DNA from: Pseudomonadota bacterium
GTDB lineage: Bacteria > Pseudomonadota > Alphaproteobacteria > Rhizobiales > Xanthobacteraceae
Direction: 5' to 3'
Assembly: GCA_023387695.1 (NCBI GenBank)
Contig: JAEWHT010000025.1
Location: 17,453-81,452 of the forward strand
DNA length: 64,000 nucleotides
Shown: positions 35,483 to 43,725 of the stretch, piece by piece
How positions within the stretch are numbered: the first letter of the stretch is position 1
Layout: each line of letters begins with the position of its first letter
The notes under the pieces: model-generated
The model's database searches: none
The model's input: only the letters and a program-made list of their open reading frames with translations
What the model was told of the DNA's origin: nothing
Made by a program: the position numbers and the translations under genes

Positions 35483-36508
35483 TCACCTTGCCTCTTCGAA
35501 TCCTGCCAGCACCGAAGTCAGGTTTGCACCCAGAATATCCGAGAGATAGCCGCCTTCCTGCACGAACACCGTCGGCAGGCCCATCTTCGCGATGGCCTGG
35601 CCGATGCGTCGGAAACCCGGCGTGGTGACAGCGAGGCCCTTGAGCGGATCGTGCTCGGAAGCATCGAGGCCAAGCGCGATCACGAGCGCACCGGGCGCAA
35701 AGGATTCGATCGCCTTGCGCGCGACGCCCATCGCCTGGATGTAGCCGTCGTCGCCGGTGCCGATGGGGAGCGGAATGTTGAGATTGGTACCAAGGCCGGG
35801 GCCTTCGCCGCGCTCATGCGCATAGCCCCACACGTAGGGATAATAGGCGATGGGATCGGCATGGATCGACACCGTGTAGACGTCGGGTCGCGCGTAGAAG
35901 ATTCCTTGCGTGCCGTTACCGTGGTGGACGTCGACGTCGAGGATCACGACGCGCTCATGCTTGAGCCGCAGATGCGCAGCTGCGATCGCGCTGTTGTTGA
36001 GGAAGCAGAAACCGCCAGCCATATCGCGATAGGCGTGATGGCCGGGTGGACGGCAGAGCGCGTAAGTCGCGTCCTCACCATCCATCACCATCTGCGCGGC
36101 CGTGACAGCAACGTCGGTCGCTGCACAAGCCGCGGCCCAGGTACCGGGGCCGATGGGTGCCGCGGTATCAGCAGTGTGCCAACCAAGCTTGCCGACGATA
36201 TGCGTCGGATAGGTCGCGGCATGACGCACGGGGTGGATGTTGCCGATCATCTCGGGGCCGGAATCGCCGAGCGCCGTCCAGGCGTCCCAGGCCTCGCTCA
36301 GGAACGACAGATATTCAGGGCTGTGGATGCGTGCGCGCGGGCCCTGGCCGAACATCGTCGGCTCGACCAGTTGATGCTTGCCGTCCTTCAAACCTTTGAG
36401 TAGCCGATCGGCGCGCTCCGGTTGTTCGGTGGTGCGCTTGACGACACCGCGAACCAGGAAGAATTGCGGATCATGGCTGCGATGCAGTTCGGTATGGACG
36501 GCTTTCAC
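35483..36508 (-). CDS. histone deacetylase-superfamily zinc amidohydrolase (acetylpolyamine/acetoin-utilisation type)
   Basis: CRPPGHHA, FCFLNN and VILDVDVHHGNGTQ motifs. Confidence 0.85.
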   Translation of the reverse strand: MKAVHTELHRSHDPQFFLVRGVVKRTTEQPERADRLLKGLKDGKHQLVEPTMFGQGPRARIHSPEYLSFLSEAWDAWTALGDSGPEMIGNIHPVRHAATYPTHIVGKLGWHTADTAAPIGPGTWAAACAATDVAVTAAQMVMDGEDATYALCRPPGHHAYRDMAGGFCFLNNSAIAAAHLRLKHERVVILDVDVHHGNGTQGIFYARPDVYTVSIHADPIAYYPYVWGYAHERGEGPGLGTNLNIPLPIGTGDDGYIQAMGVARKAIESFAPGALVIALGLDASEHDPLKGLAVTTPGFRRIGQAIAKMGLPTVFVQEGGYLSDILGANLTSVLAGFEEAR

Positions 36509-36641
36509 TCAACACTCCGTTGTCGCATGCTCTTCGGATGGCGCCACAGATGTCTGATCCCTGAGGCCGCTAGATGCAAGCAAGAAGAATGCCGTCATTC
36601 GCGCCGCGGCTCTGCGCCCATAGCAGGACGCCTTTGATTGC

Positions 36642-37601
36642 CTAGCAATGCCCCTGCTGGAGACAATGCTCGCGGCCCTGCCGATCCGTCCGGAAGGACT
36701 CGATGAAGCCACCCTGGCGCTGGGTGACGAAGACGGTCTTGCCGTCACTGCCACCGAAGGCGAGGTTGGTTGGCTCCTTGCCCTTCAGAACGATCTCGCG
36801 CTCGATCGCGCCATTGGGCTTCATCAGCGCGATCGTGCCCTTGAGAATGCGCGCGACATAAAGGCGGCCGGCAACATCGGTGCGCAGGCCGTCGATGGTA
36901 TCGGGCTGGAACGCCTTGACAAGCTTTGCGTCGGTGAGCTCGTTGCCACGGATGGCATAAGACCAGACCTGGCCGTTGCTGGATTCACCGACATAGAGCG
37001 TCTTGCCGTCGGGGCTGAGATCGATGCCGTTGGTGGTGCCCATCGCGCGCGGCGCCGACATGATCTGACCCTGCGCCGATCCGTCCGCGGATTTCGCAAT
37101 GCGCCAGATGTGGCCTTCCCGCCCCTTCCAGTTCGGATCGCTCGCATAGATCGCACCGTCGCGGGCGATGGTGATGTCGTTGGGCTGGTTCATCTCGTCC
37201 GAGTGAAACCAGACGCCGGGCTCGGTGCTGCCCTTCGGAATCGCCAAGATATTGTGCTTCTTATAATCGGCGATGAACATCGTGCCGCTGCGGTCGAAGC
37301 GGATGGCGTTACCGATGCTGCCCTCAGGGAGCGCCGTGAAGGCTTCCGACGCCGCGCCGCCCGCGGGCAACCGGCCGATCGTGCCGGACTTGCCGAAATT
37401 GACGACGAACAGATTGCCATCGAGATCGGCGGCAGGCCCTTCGATACCGTGCGTATATTCGTCGGCAGGCGTCACCTGCACGCTTTCGAACAGCTTCGTC
37501 TCGGCTGCGAAGAGCGGCGTCGCGATAACGAGCAGAATGCTACTGCGGCACCAGAAATTCCTGCCGGATGTAATAGCCATCGTCGTCGCTACACTCGCCA
37601 T
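36642..37601 (-). CDS. SMP-30/gluconolactonase/LRE-like beta-propeller protein, secreted
   Basis: Signal-like N-terminus and propeller repeats (LFVVNFG, MFIADY, IYASDPNW, LYVGESSNG, LYVARI). The start is ambiguous (37601 or 37580); both overlap the 3' end of the upstream gene. Confidence 0.7.
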   Translation of the reverse strand: MASVATTMAITSGRNFWCRSSILLVIATPLFAAETKLFESVQVTPADEYTHGIEGPAADLDGNLFVVNFGKSGTIGRLPAGGAASEAFTALPEGSIGNAIRFDRSGTMFIADYKKHNILAIPKGSTEPGVWFHSDEMNQPNDITIARDGAIYASDPNWKGREGHIWRIAKSADGSAQGQIMSAPRAMGTTNGIDLSPDGKTLYVGESSNGQVWSYAIRGNELTDAKLVKAFQPDTIDGLRTDVAGRLYVARILKGTIALMKPNGAIEREIVLKGKEPTNLAFGGSDGKTVFVTQRQGGFIESFRTDRQGREHCLQQGHC

Positions 37602-39612
37602 TCAGATAGGGATCGGCCGGCCGGAAGAATCGGCTGAAGCCGGGTTTGTCTACAGCGTTCCTTTGTGTCACGACGACGACCTTGGCGGCCGGTATTTCGC
37701 CGCATTCCTTGTTGGTTTTGCTGACGAACTTGCGCTGCGGCAGGCCGAGCTTGATGCGCATCGGCGTTCCCGGAACCATCTTCGCCACGAAGACATCGAT
37801 GGTGCCGAGCAGCGCCGCATAGCCAGGTTCGGTCTTCGGCAGGTTCTCGCCGCCCGGCGGCATCAGCTTCTCTGCGCCAATGCCTCGCAACCGCGTGCGC
37901 AGCCTGCCGGAGGCGGGATCGCCCGGATAGATCCAGCCGTCCTGCGACAGCATGAACCTCAGCACCGTCGCATCCTTGTCTGCATCCGACTGACCTGCCT
38001 TCAGCCCGAAATCGGAGTGGCAGCCGACGCAGTGTTTTTCGACGAGGTTTTTGCGCAGTGAAGTGAGCCGGATCTTGTTCTGCGCATCCTTGGCGACGAA
38101 GGCCGCAAGCTGATCGATCAACGCCTGGCTACGGGTGTCGCACGGCAGCGGTGGCGGTGGATCGCCCGCGGCGCGATCGATACGGAGTATGGTCTGGTTC
38201 TTGTCCTCGACCAGCCAGATCGCACCGTCCTCCGCGACTGTCATGCCGACCGGCGCGCCCTGCGGCCGCGCGCCGTTGACGCGATGCCAGCCTGCGATCA
38301 GTTCGTCGAATGGCGCAGCCGCGACATCGCCGGCATCGGTCTGGAAATTGTGGGTCGGGTCAGCGGCACAACTGACGTGGTAGCGCACCGGCGCCGGAGC
38401 AGGCTTGGGGAAACCGTGGTCATCGACGTCGTAGACCAGGACGCGGCTGCCAGTCGGGCGGTAGCCGTGCAGGCCAACCAGAAGCTTGCCTTCCAGCTCC
38501 GGAAATTTTGCGCCGTGATAATAGAGCATCGCGAGCGGCGCGCCGTGCGGCGGCATCAGCGAGAGCGGCGCCTTGTAGAACGCATTGGCGGTGCAGAGCG
38601 TCTTGTACGTGCCCGATTGCAGCACACTTTTGAACTCGGGACTCGGCGTCGACAGGTCGTAGCAATAGGGCCAGCCATAGTGCCTGCCCTGTTCGATCGC
38701 GTTGATCTCCTCGTTCGGCTTGAAGATGTCGGGCAGGTCGCGGCCGTTCTCGCCCTGTAGGAAGGCGTAGCCGGCATCGGGGAAATTCGGATGCAGCGCC
38801 AGCGCCAGCGAGTTGCGCAAGCCCCGCGCGTAAATCGTGTGCGCGGGATCGGGATCGTTCGGCTTCAACGCTGGAAAGACACCGCCTGATGGCGGCGTGA
38901 ACAGCCAGATCGCAGCCATCGCGGACGGGCCTTCCGCCGGCGCGCAAGGCTTTGTGATCGGCGCCGGCGTGATGCAATCGTCGCTGTGGGCACCGACATT
39001 GACGAAGAGCCGGCCGTTGCGATCGAACACGAACTGCTTGAGCGGATGCGCGGCCTCCTCGAGCTTGGTGCCATCAGGCAGCGTGAGGCGGCGGCCCGGC
39101 ATGTGACGGATGATGGTCTCGACCGTGCTGCGCGGATTGTCCGCGAGCGGATCGAAGCGGAAGATGGTCTCGGCAGTCGAGGCGTAGAGCTTCTTGTCCG
39201 GGCCGATCACGAGACCGAACGGATATTCGACGCCGGTCAAAAGTTCCTTGAACCGCTGGCCGCCGGCCGCGTGCGGATCGAGCAGCAGCAGTCGGCCATC
39301 GGTATGGCCCCAGCCCGCCATGTCGGCGACCACGAACAGGTCTCGGCCGGGCACCTGGATGATCGACCGCGGAAACTTGAGATGGTCCTCCTCGCTGGCG
39401 ACAAGGCCAGCACAAAAGCCCGCCTTCATGTCGATCTGAACCTTGGGAAAGGCGAGACCGCCGCTGCCGCAGGTCTCCGCTCCTACTGCGTAGCCACTTT
39501 TCCTCACCGTTTCAGACGCGGCCGGCGCGGCAAAACCGAGCAGGGCCGCAGCCAAGGCGACGACACCTACGCACAAGCTCCGGCATCCATTCTGGAGTGT
39601 GAGATGATTCAC
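37540..39612 (-). CDS. PQQ-dependent sugar (sorbosone/glucose) dehydrogenase-like propeller fused to a C-terminal c-type haem domain
   Basis: sGDH-like segments (GLRNSLALALHP, HYGWPYCY). A CxxCH haem motif (HCVGCHS) is present in the C-terminal part. The GTG at 39612 is preceded by GGGGAGG at 6 nt. Confidence 0.7.
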   Translation of the reverse strand: MNHLTLQNGCRSLCVGVVALAAALLGFAAPAASETVRKSGYAVGAETCGSGGLAFPKVQIDMKAGFCAGLVASEEDHLKFPRSIIQVPGRDLFVVADMAGWGHTDGRLLLLDPHAAGGQRFKELLTGVEYPFGLVIGPDKKLYASTAETIFRFDPLADNPRSTVETIIRHMPGRRLTLPDGTKLEEAAHPLKQFVFDRNGRLFVNVGAHSDDCITPAPITKPCAPAEGPSAMAAIWLFTPPSGGVFPALKPNDPDPAHTIYARGLRNSLALALHPNFPDAGYAFLQGENGRDLPDIFKPNEEINAIEQGRHYGWPYCYDLSTPSPEFKSVLQSGTYKTLCTANAFYKAPLSLMPPHGAPLAMLYYHGAKFPELEGKLLVGLHGYRPTGSRVLVYDVDDHGFPKPAPAPVRYHVSCAADPTHNFQTDAGDVAAAPFDELIAGWHRVNGARPQGAPVGMTVAEDGAIWLVEDKNQTILRIDRAAGDPPPPLPCDTRSQALIDQLAAFVAKDAQNKIRLTSLRKNLVEKHCVGCHSDFGLKAGQSDADKDATVLRFMLSQDGWIYPGDPASGRLRTRLRGIGAEKLMPPGGENLPKTEPGYAALLGTIDVFVAKMVPGTPMRIKLGLPQRKFVSKTNKECGEIPAAKVVVVTQRNAVDKPGFSRFFRPADPYLNGECSDDDGYYIRQEFLVPQ

Positions 39613-39817
39613 AGCGGCCTCCCCACTTTCGGTCGAGGTTGTTCCATGCCCGCAAGGCGCCGTCCAGTTGAACATCACCTGCCTGTGATCAAACCCACGG
39701 GGCGCGTGGTGCCGACCAACCTCCGTAGATTTCCTTACCGGGCTCGACCCGAATGTTTTTCGAATATTTCGGGTGGTACCGATATGCCACCCAAATCGCT
39801 TTCCAGAGGAGGCGTGT

Positions 39818-40051
39818 ATGGTTCAGATGTATTTCCACTGTTCGAACGCCGACGGCACGCTGATCGATCGCTACGGCACCGCAGTCGCCAGCCTGACCGA
39901 AGCGCGTGACCGCGCCGCCCAGATCATGCGCGCGATGATCCAGACGCCCGGCTCTGAGGATTGGCGCGACTGGGTGATCCATATCAGCGACGACGACGGC
40001 GAGGAGATCTTCGATCTCCCCTTCACCGCCATGCTCGGCAAGCCGCATTGA
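39818..40051 (+). CDS. DUF6894-like small protein
   Basis: The pattern MVQMYFHCSNADGTLIDRYGT...ARDRAAQI...WVIHISDDDGEEIFDLPF matches, from memory, a small-protein family abundant in Bradyrhizobium and Methylobacterium. The SD is GAGGAGG. Confidence 0.6.
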   Translation: MVQMYFHCSNADGTLIDRYGTAVASLTEARDRAAQIMRAMIQTPGSEDWRDWVIHISDDDGEEIFDLPFTAMLGKPH

Positions 40052-40060
40052 GGTGATGCC

Positions 40061-40237
40061 ATGCTGTTCGCTTCACTGACCCTGTTCCGCCAGCCCTTCA
40101 CCTTCGTCGCCAGCAAGTTGCAGAAGCTGGTGCGGATCGCAGGCAACCCCTACCGTCCCGAGCTCCACTACATGCGTGGCCCGGGCCCGAAATGGCACGC
40201 CAAATATCAGGCAAGCCGGCTGAACCGCGGGATTTGA
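40061..40237 (+). CDS. 58-aa small protein (below the ORF-track length cut-off)
   Basis: The ATG at 40061 is 5 nt after GAGGTG and 10 nt after the DUF6894 stop. Translation: MLFASLTLFRQPFTFVASKLQKLVRIAGNPYRPELHYMRGPGPKWHAKYQASRLNRGI. I believe the HYMRGPGPKW motif recurs in small alphaproteobacterial proteins (from memory). Confidence 0.45.
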   Translation: MLFASLTLFRQPFTFVASKLQKLVRIAGNPYRPELHYMRGPGPKWHAKYQASRLNRGI

Positions 40238-40273
40238 ACTGCGCCTGTTTCTTCATTCATCAATCTCCACGTC

Positions 40274-40353
40274 GTCATGGCCGGGCTCGTCCCGGCCATC
40301 CACGTTTTTGGGACCACGAAGACGTGGATGCCCGGGTCAAGCCCGGGCATGAC
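40274..40353. repeat. REP-like element: two inverted 32-nt units (28/32 match), each containing its own GC hairpin
   Basis: gtcatggccgggctcgtcccggccatccacgt (40274-40305) pairs with acgtggatgcccgggtcaagcccgggcatgac (40322-40353). It lies between convergent gene ends. Confidence 0.85.
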
Positions 40354-40376
40354 ATACGAGGAAAGGCCGTGCGGCC

Positions 40377-41150
40377 TCACCTCCCCGTGAACTTCGCCTT
40401 GCGCTTCTCGACGAAGGCGTTGCGGCCTTCGAGGGCATCGGCGCTTTTGCGGATGGTGGCCTGAAGCTCGATCTCGCGGCGGAACTGCGCTTCATAGCTC
40501 GTGTGCTCGCTCTCCTCGACGAGTGCTCGGGTCGCGACCAGAGCGCGGGTCGGGCCGTCGGCGAGACGTCCCGCCAGCGTCAACGCTTCCTCCATCAGCT
40601 TTGCGTCGTCGACGACCTGCCGCACGAGGCCGATCTCCTGGGCGCGCTCGGCCGTCAGCGGCTCGTTCAACAACATCAGCTCGAGCGCGCGTTGGCGGCC
40701 GATCAGCCGCGGCAGCAGCCAGGTCGAGCCGAGATCGGGCACCAGCGCGATGCGGCTGAACACCTGGATGAAACTCGCCGACCGCGCCGCAACAATCATG
40801 TCGCCGGCCATCGCAAGACTGAACCCGCCACCGGCCGCGACGCCATTAACGGCGACGACGACGGGCACGCGGCACTCGCGCAGGGCCTTGAAGGCCGGCC
40901 AATAGAACCGCATCACGCCGGCCGCGATGTCCTCCCCGAGCGCTTCGGAGGCCTTCAAATTCTGCCCTGAGCAAAATCCGCGTCCCGCGCCGGTGAGGAC
41001 GAGAGCACGGACGTTCTCGTCCGCCGTCATTTCGCCGACTGCGGTAGCGAGCGCGCCGAGCAGGTCCGGCGTCATCGCGTTCAGGCTTGCCGGCTCGTCG
41101 AGCGTCAAAATCCCAACCGCGCCATCCCGCGCCTGTTTCACACCTGCCAT
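40377..41150 (-). CDS. enoyl-CoA hydratase/isomerase (crotonase) family protein
   Basis: LTGAGRGFCSGQNL and VAVNGVAAGGG motifs. The ATG at 41150 (MAGVKQARDGAVGILTL) is used. Confidence 0.85.
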   Translation of the reverse strand: MAGVKQARDGAVGILTLDEPASLNAMTPDLLGALATAVGEMTADENVRALVLTGAGRGFCSGQNLKASEALGEDIAAGVMRFYWPAFKALRECRVPVVVAVNGVAAGGGFSLAMAGDMIVAARSASFIQVFSRIALVPDLGSTWLLPRLIGRQRALELMLLNEPLTAERAQEIGLVRQVVDDAKLMEEALTLAGRLADGPTRALVATRALVEESEHTSYEAQFRREIELQATIRKSADALEGRNAFVEKRKAKFTGR

Positions 41151-41259
41151 GTCGCGTCTCCCTTTGGATGTTCTCGTTGCCGCCAATGTGCCATTCTTCC
41201 CGCGCTCCGCCAATTGCGGAGCTTCGACGTCAGCGCAACGAAGCCAAGACAGAGTTCAA

Positions 41260-42849
41260 ATGCCGCACCAGTTCAGCCTCAACCAGATCGTCCGCAAACC
41301 CGCCGTCACATCCAAGGGCGGCATTGTCGCTTCGCAATCGCGGCGAGCAGCGGAGGTGGGAGCGCAGGTGCTGGCGGCCGGTGGCGATTGCGTCGATGCG
41401 ATCGTCGCGACTACCTTTGCACTGAATGTGCTGGAGCCCTGGAACAGCGGCGTCGGCGGTGGCGGCGCGATGGTGCTCTACCGCGCCAAGGAAAATCGCT
41501 ACGAGGTGATCGACTACGGCATGTGCGCGCCGCTGAGCATCCGCGCTGCCGATTACCCCATCATCGGAGACCGTGTCGCGACCGACCTGTTTCCGTGGCC
41601 GCGGGTGAAGGATGACCGCAACATTCACGGTCCCGGCGCGGTCGCCGTGCCCGGCGTGGTCGCCGGCATGGAGGAAGCGCACCGTCGATATGCCAGAATG
41701 TCATGGAAAGAGCTGGTGGCTCCCGCGGTTGCACTCGCTGGCGAAGGCCTGCTGGTCGACTGGTGGACCGAGCTGACGATCACCGGCTCGGCGGTAGATC
41801 TTCGGCGCTATCCCGCGAGTGCTGCGATGTTCCTGAAGGACGGCCTGCCCCCAAGCCCGCCCTGGAGCATCGAGGCCGAGATTCGGATGCCGCAGGACAA
41901 TCTGAAGGCGACGCTGGCGCATCTCGCCGAAGCCGGACCGCGCGACTTCTATCAGGGCGATCTCGCCAAGAGCATCGCGTCCGACGTCAAGGCCGATGGC
42001 GGCTCGCTGTCGGTCGAGGATCTCGCCGCGTTCCGCAGCCACATGCGCGAGCCGCTGGCGATCCCCTATCGCGGCGGCAAGGTCGTTGCGACGCCAGAGC
42101 TCACGGCCGGGCCGACCATGGCGCATGCGCTGCGCCTGTTGCAGCAGAATTTGACGCCGGCGGGCACGCCGGATGCGGCCGCCTACGCAGAATACGCCGT
42201 TGCCCTGCAGGAGGCCTATCGCGAGCGACTCAAGGACATGGGCGATGCCGACGGCAAGCGCTCGCTCGGCGCCGAATATCTCGCGCCCGCCTGCACCACG
42301 CATTTCTCCGTGGTCGACCGCGACGGCAACATCGCCGCGGTGACGCAGACGCTGCTCTCGTCCTTTGGCTCGAAATATGTGACGCCGCACACCGGCATTC
42401 CCATGAACAACGGCATCATGTGGTTCGACCCAACGCCCGGCAGCACCAACTCGCTCGCACCCGGCAAGCGCTGCCTCACCAACTACACGCCCGTGATCGC
42501 CGAGACCAAGGATGGCAAGCGCCTCGCGGTTGGTGCCTCCGGCGGCCGGCGTATCCTGCCTTCGGTCATGCAGCTGGTGTCTTTTGCGCTGGATTTCGAC
42601 ATGGACCTCGATGCCGCCATCCACCAGCCTCGCATCGACTGCAGCGAAGGTGCCATCGTGGTCGGCGACGTCAGGCTACCAGCGGATACACGCAAGGCGC
42701 TCGCCGCACGCTTCAACTACAAGGAAGCACAGGTGCAAACCCTGCCGATGAAATTCGCTTGCCCGAGCGTGGTGATGCGCGTCGGCGATACGAATTCAGG
42801 CGCAGTCGAGATCTTCCAGCCCTGGGCTGACGCGGTGGCGGAGGCCTGA
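41260..42849 (+). CDS. ggt: gamma-glutamyltransferase family protein
   Basis: N-terminus SKGGIVASQSRRAAEVGAQVLAAGGDCVDA. The autoprocessing/nucleophile context is ACTTHFSVVDRDGN, and GASGGRRI is present. The ATG at 41260 is used; the 111 codons upstream are antisense to the crotonase gene. Confidence 0.85.
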   Translation: MPHQFSLNQIVRKPAVTSKGGIVASQSRRAAEVGAQVLAAGGDCVDAIVATTFALNVLEPWNSGVGGGGAMVLYRAKENRYEVIDYGMCAPLSIRAADYPIIGDRVATDLFPWPRVKDDRNIHGPGAVAVPGVVAGMEEAHRRYARMSWKELVAPAVALAGEGLLVDWWTELTITGSAVDLRRYPASAAMFLKDGLPPSPPWSIEAEIRMPQDNLKATLAHLAEAGPRDFYQGDLAKSIASDVKADGGSLSVEDLAAFRSHMREPLAIPYRGGKVVATPELTAGPTMAHALRLLQQNLTPAGTPDAAAYAEYAVALQEAYRERLKDMGDADGKRSLGAEYLAPACTTHFSVVDRDGNIAAVTQTLLSSFGSKYVTPHTGIPMNNGIMWFDPTPGSTNSLAPGKRCLTNYTPVIAETKDGKRLAVGASGGRRILPSVMQLVSFALDFDMDLDAAIHQPRIDCSEGAIVVGDVRLPADTRKALAARFNYKEAQVQTLPMKFACPSVVMRVGDTNSGAVEIFQPWADAVAEA

Positions 42850-42873
42850 CAACAGACATCAGGGAGCCGCCGC

Positions 42874-43725
42874 ATGAACTACGAGCAGATCATCTGCGAA
42901 ACCGACGGCCCCCTGCTCATCCTCACCCTCAATCGCCCCGACAAGCTCAATGCTTATACCGGCGCGATGGGCGCGGAGATCACAGACGCATTTCAGCGCG
43001 CCGATGCCGACGACAATATCCGCGCGGTGATCGTCACAGGCTCGGGCCGTGCGTTCTGCGCCGGCGCCGATGTCTCCGGCGGCGCCAAGAGCTTTGACAC
43101 CTCCGGCAGTCACGGTGCCGGCGTGTTCGCCAGTTCCGGACAGCGCAGCGGCCGTTTCGTCGAGGCCATCTTCAATTGCCGCAAGCCGTCGATTGCCGCG
43201 ATCAACGGCGCCGCTGTCGGCGTCGGCATCACCATGACGCTGCCGATGGACGTGCGCATTGCGGCCAAGGGCGCCAAGATCGGTTTCATCTTTGCGCGGC
43301 GCGGCCTGGTGCCGGAGGCCGGCAGTGCATGGTTCCTGCCAAAGCTGGTCGGCCTGCCGCAATCGCTGCGCTGGTGTCTTTCGGGGCGCACCTTCGATGC
43401 CGACGAAGCGCTGAAGGGCGGGCTCGTCAGCGAGACCGTCGAGCCGATCGAGTTGCTCGATCGCGCCAAGCAAATCGGTCACGAGATGAGCGACGAGACC
43501 TCGCCGGTCGCGATCGCATTGACGCGTCAGATGCTGTGGCGATTTGCCGGTGCGCCTGATCCATTCGAGCTGCTTGATCTCGACAAGCCGATGTCGGTCG
43601 AACGCGGCGGTCATGCCGACGTGCGCGAGGGCGTGCAGTCCTTCATCGAGAAGCGCAAGCCGTCATTCCCTGGCAAGGTCTCGCAGGACATGCCGAGCCA
43701 GTATCCGTGGTGGAAGGACGGCTAG
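42874..43725 (+). CDS. enoyl-CoA hydratase/isomerase (crotonase) family protein
   Basis: VTGSGRAFCAGADV and AAINGAAVGVG motifs. Confidence 0.85.
   Translation: MNYEQIICETDGPLLILTLNRPDKLNAYTGAMGAEITDAFQRADADDNIRAVIVTGSGRAFCAGADVSGGAKSFDTSGSHGAGVFASSGQRSGRFVEAIFNCRKPSIAAINGAAVGVGITMTLPMDVRIAAKGAKIGFIFARRGLVPEAGSAWFLPKLVGLPQSLRWCLSGRTFDADEALKGGLVSETVEPIELLDRAKQIGHEMSDETSPVAIALTRQMLWRFAGAPDPFELLDLDKPMSVERGGHADVREGVQSFIEKRKPSFPGKVSQDMPSQYPWWKDG

Noticed and set aside
40927-41259. N-terminal 111-codon extension of the GGT ORF
   Set aside because: The extension overlaps the crotonase gene on the other strand and translates to Ser/Pro/Ala-rich non-family sequence. The GGT-family similarity begins right after the ATG at 41260.
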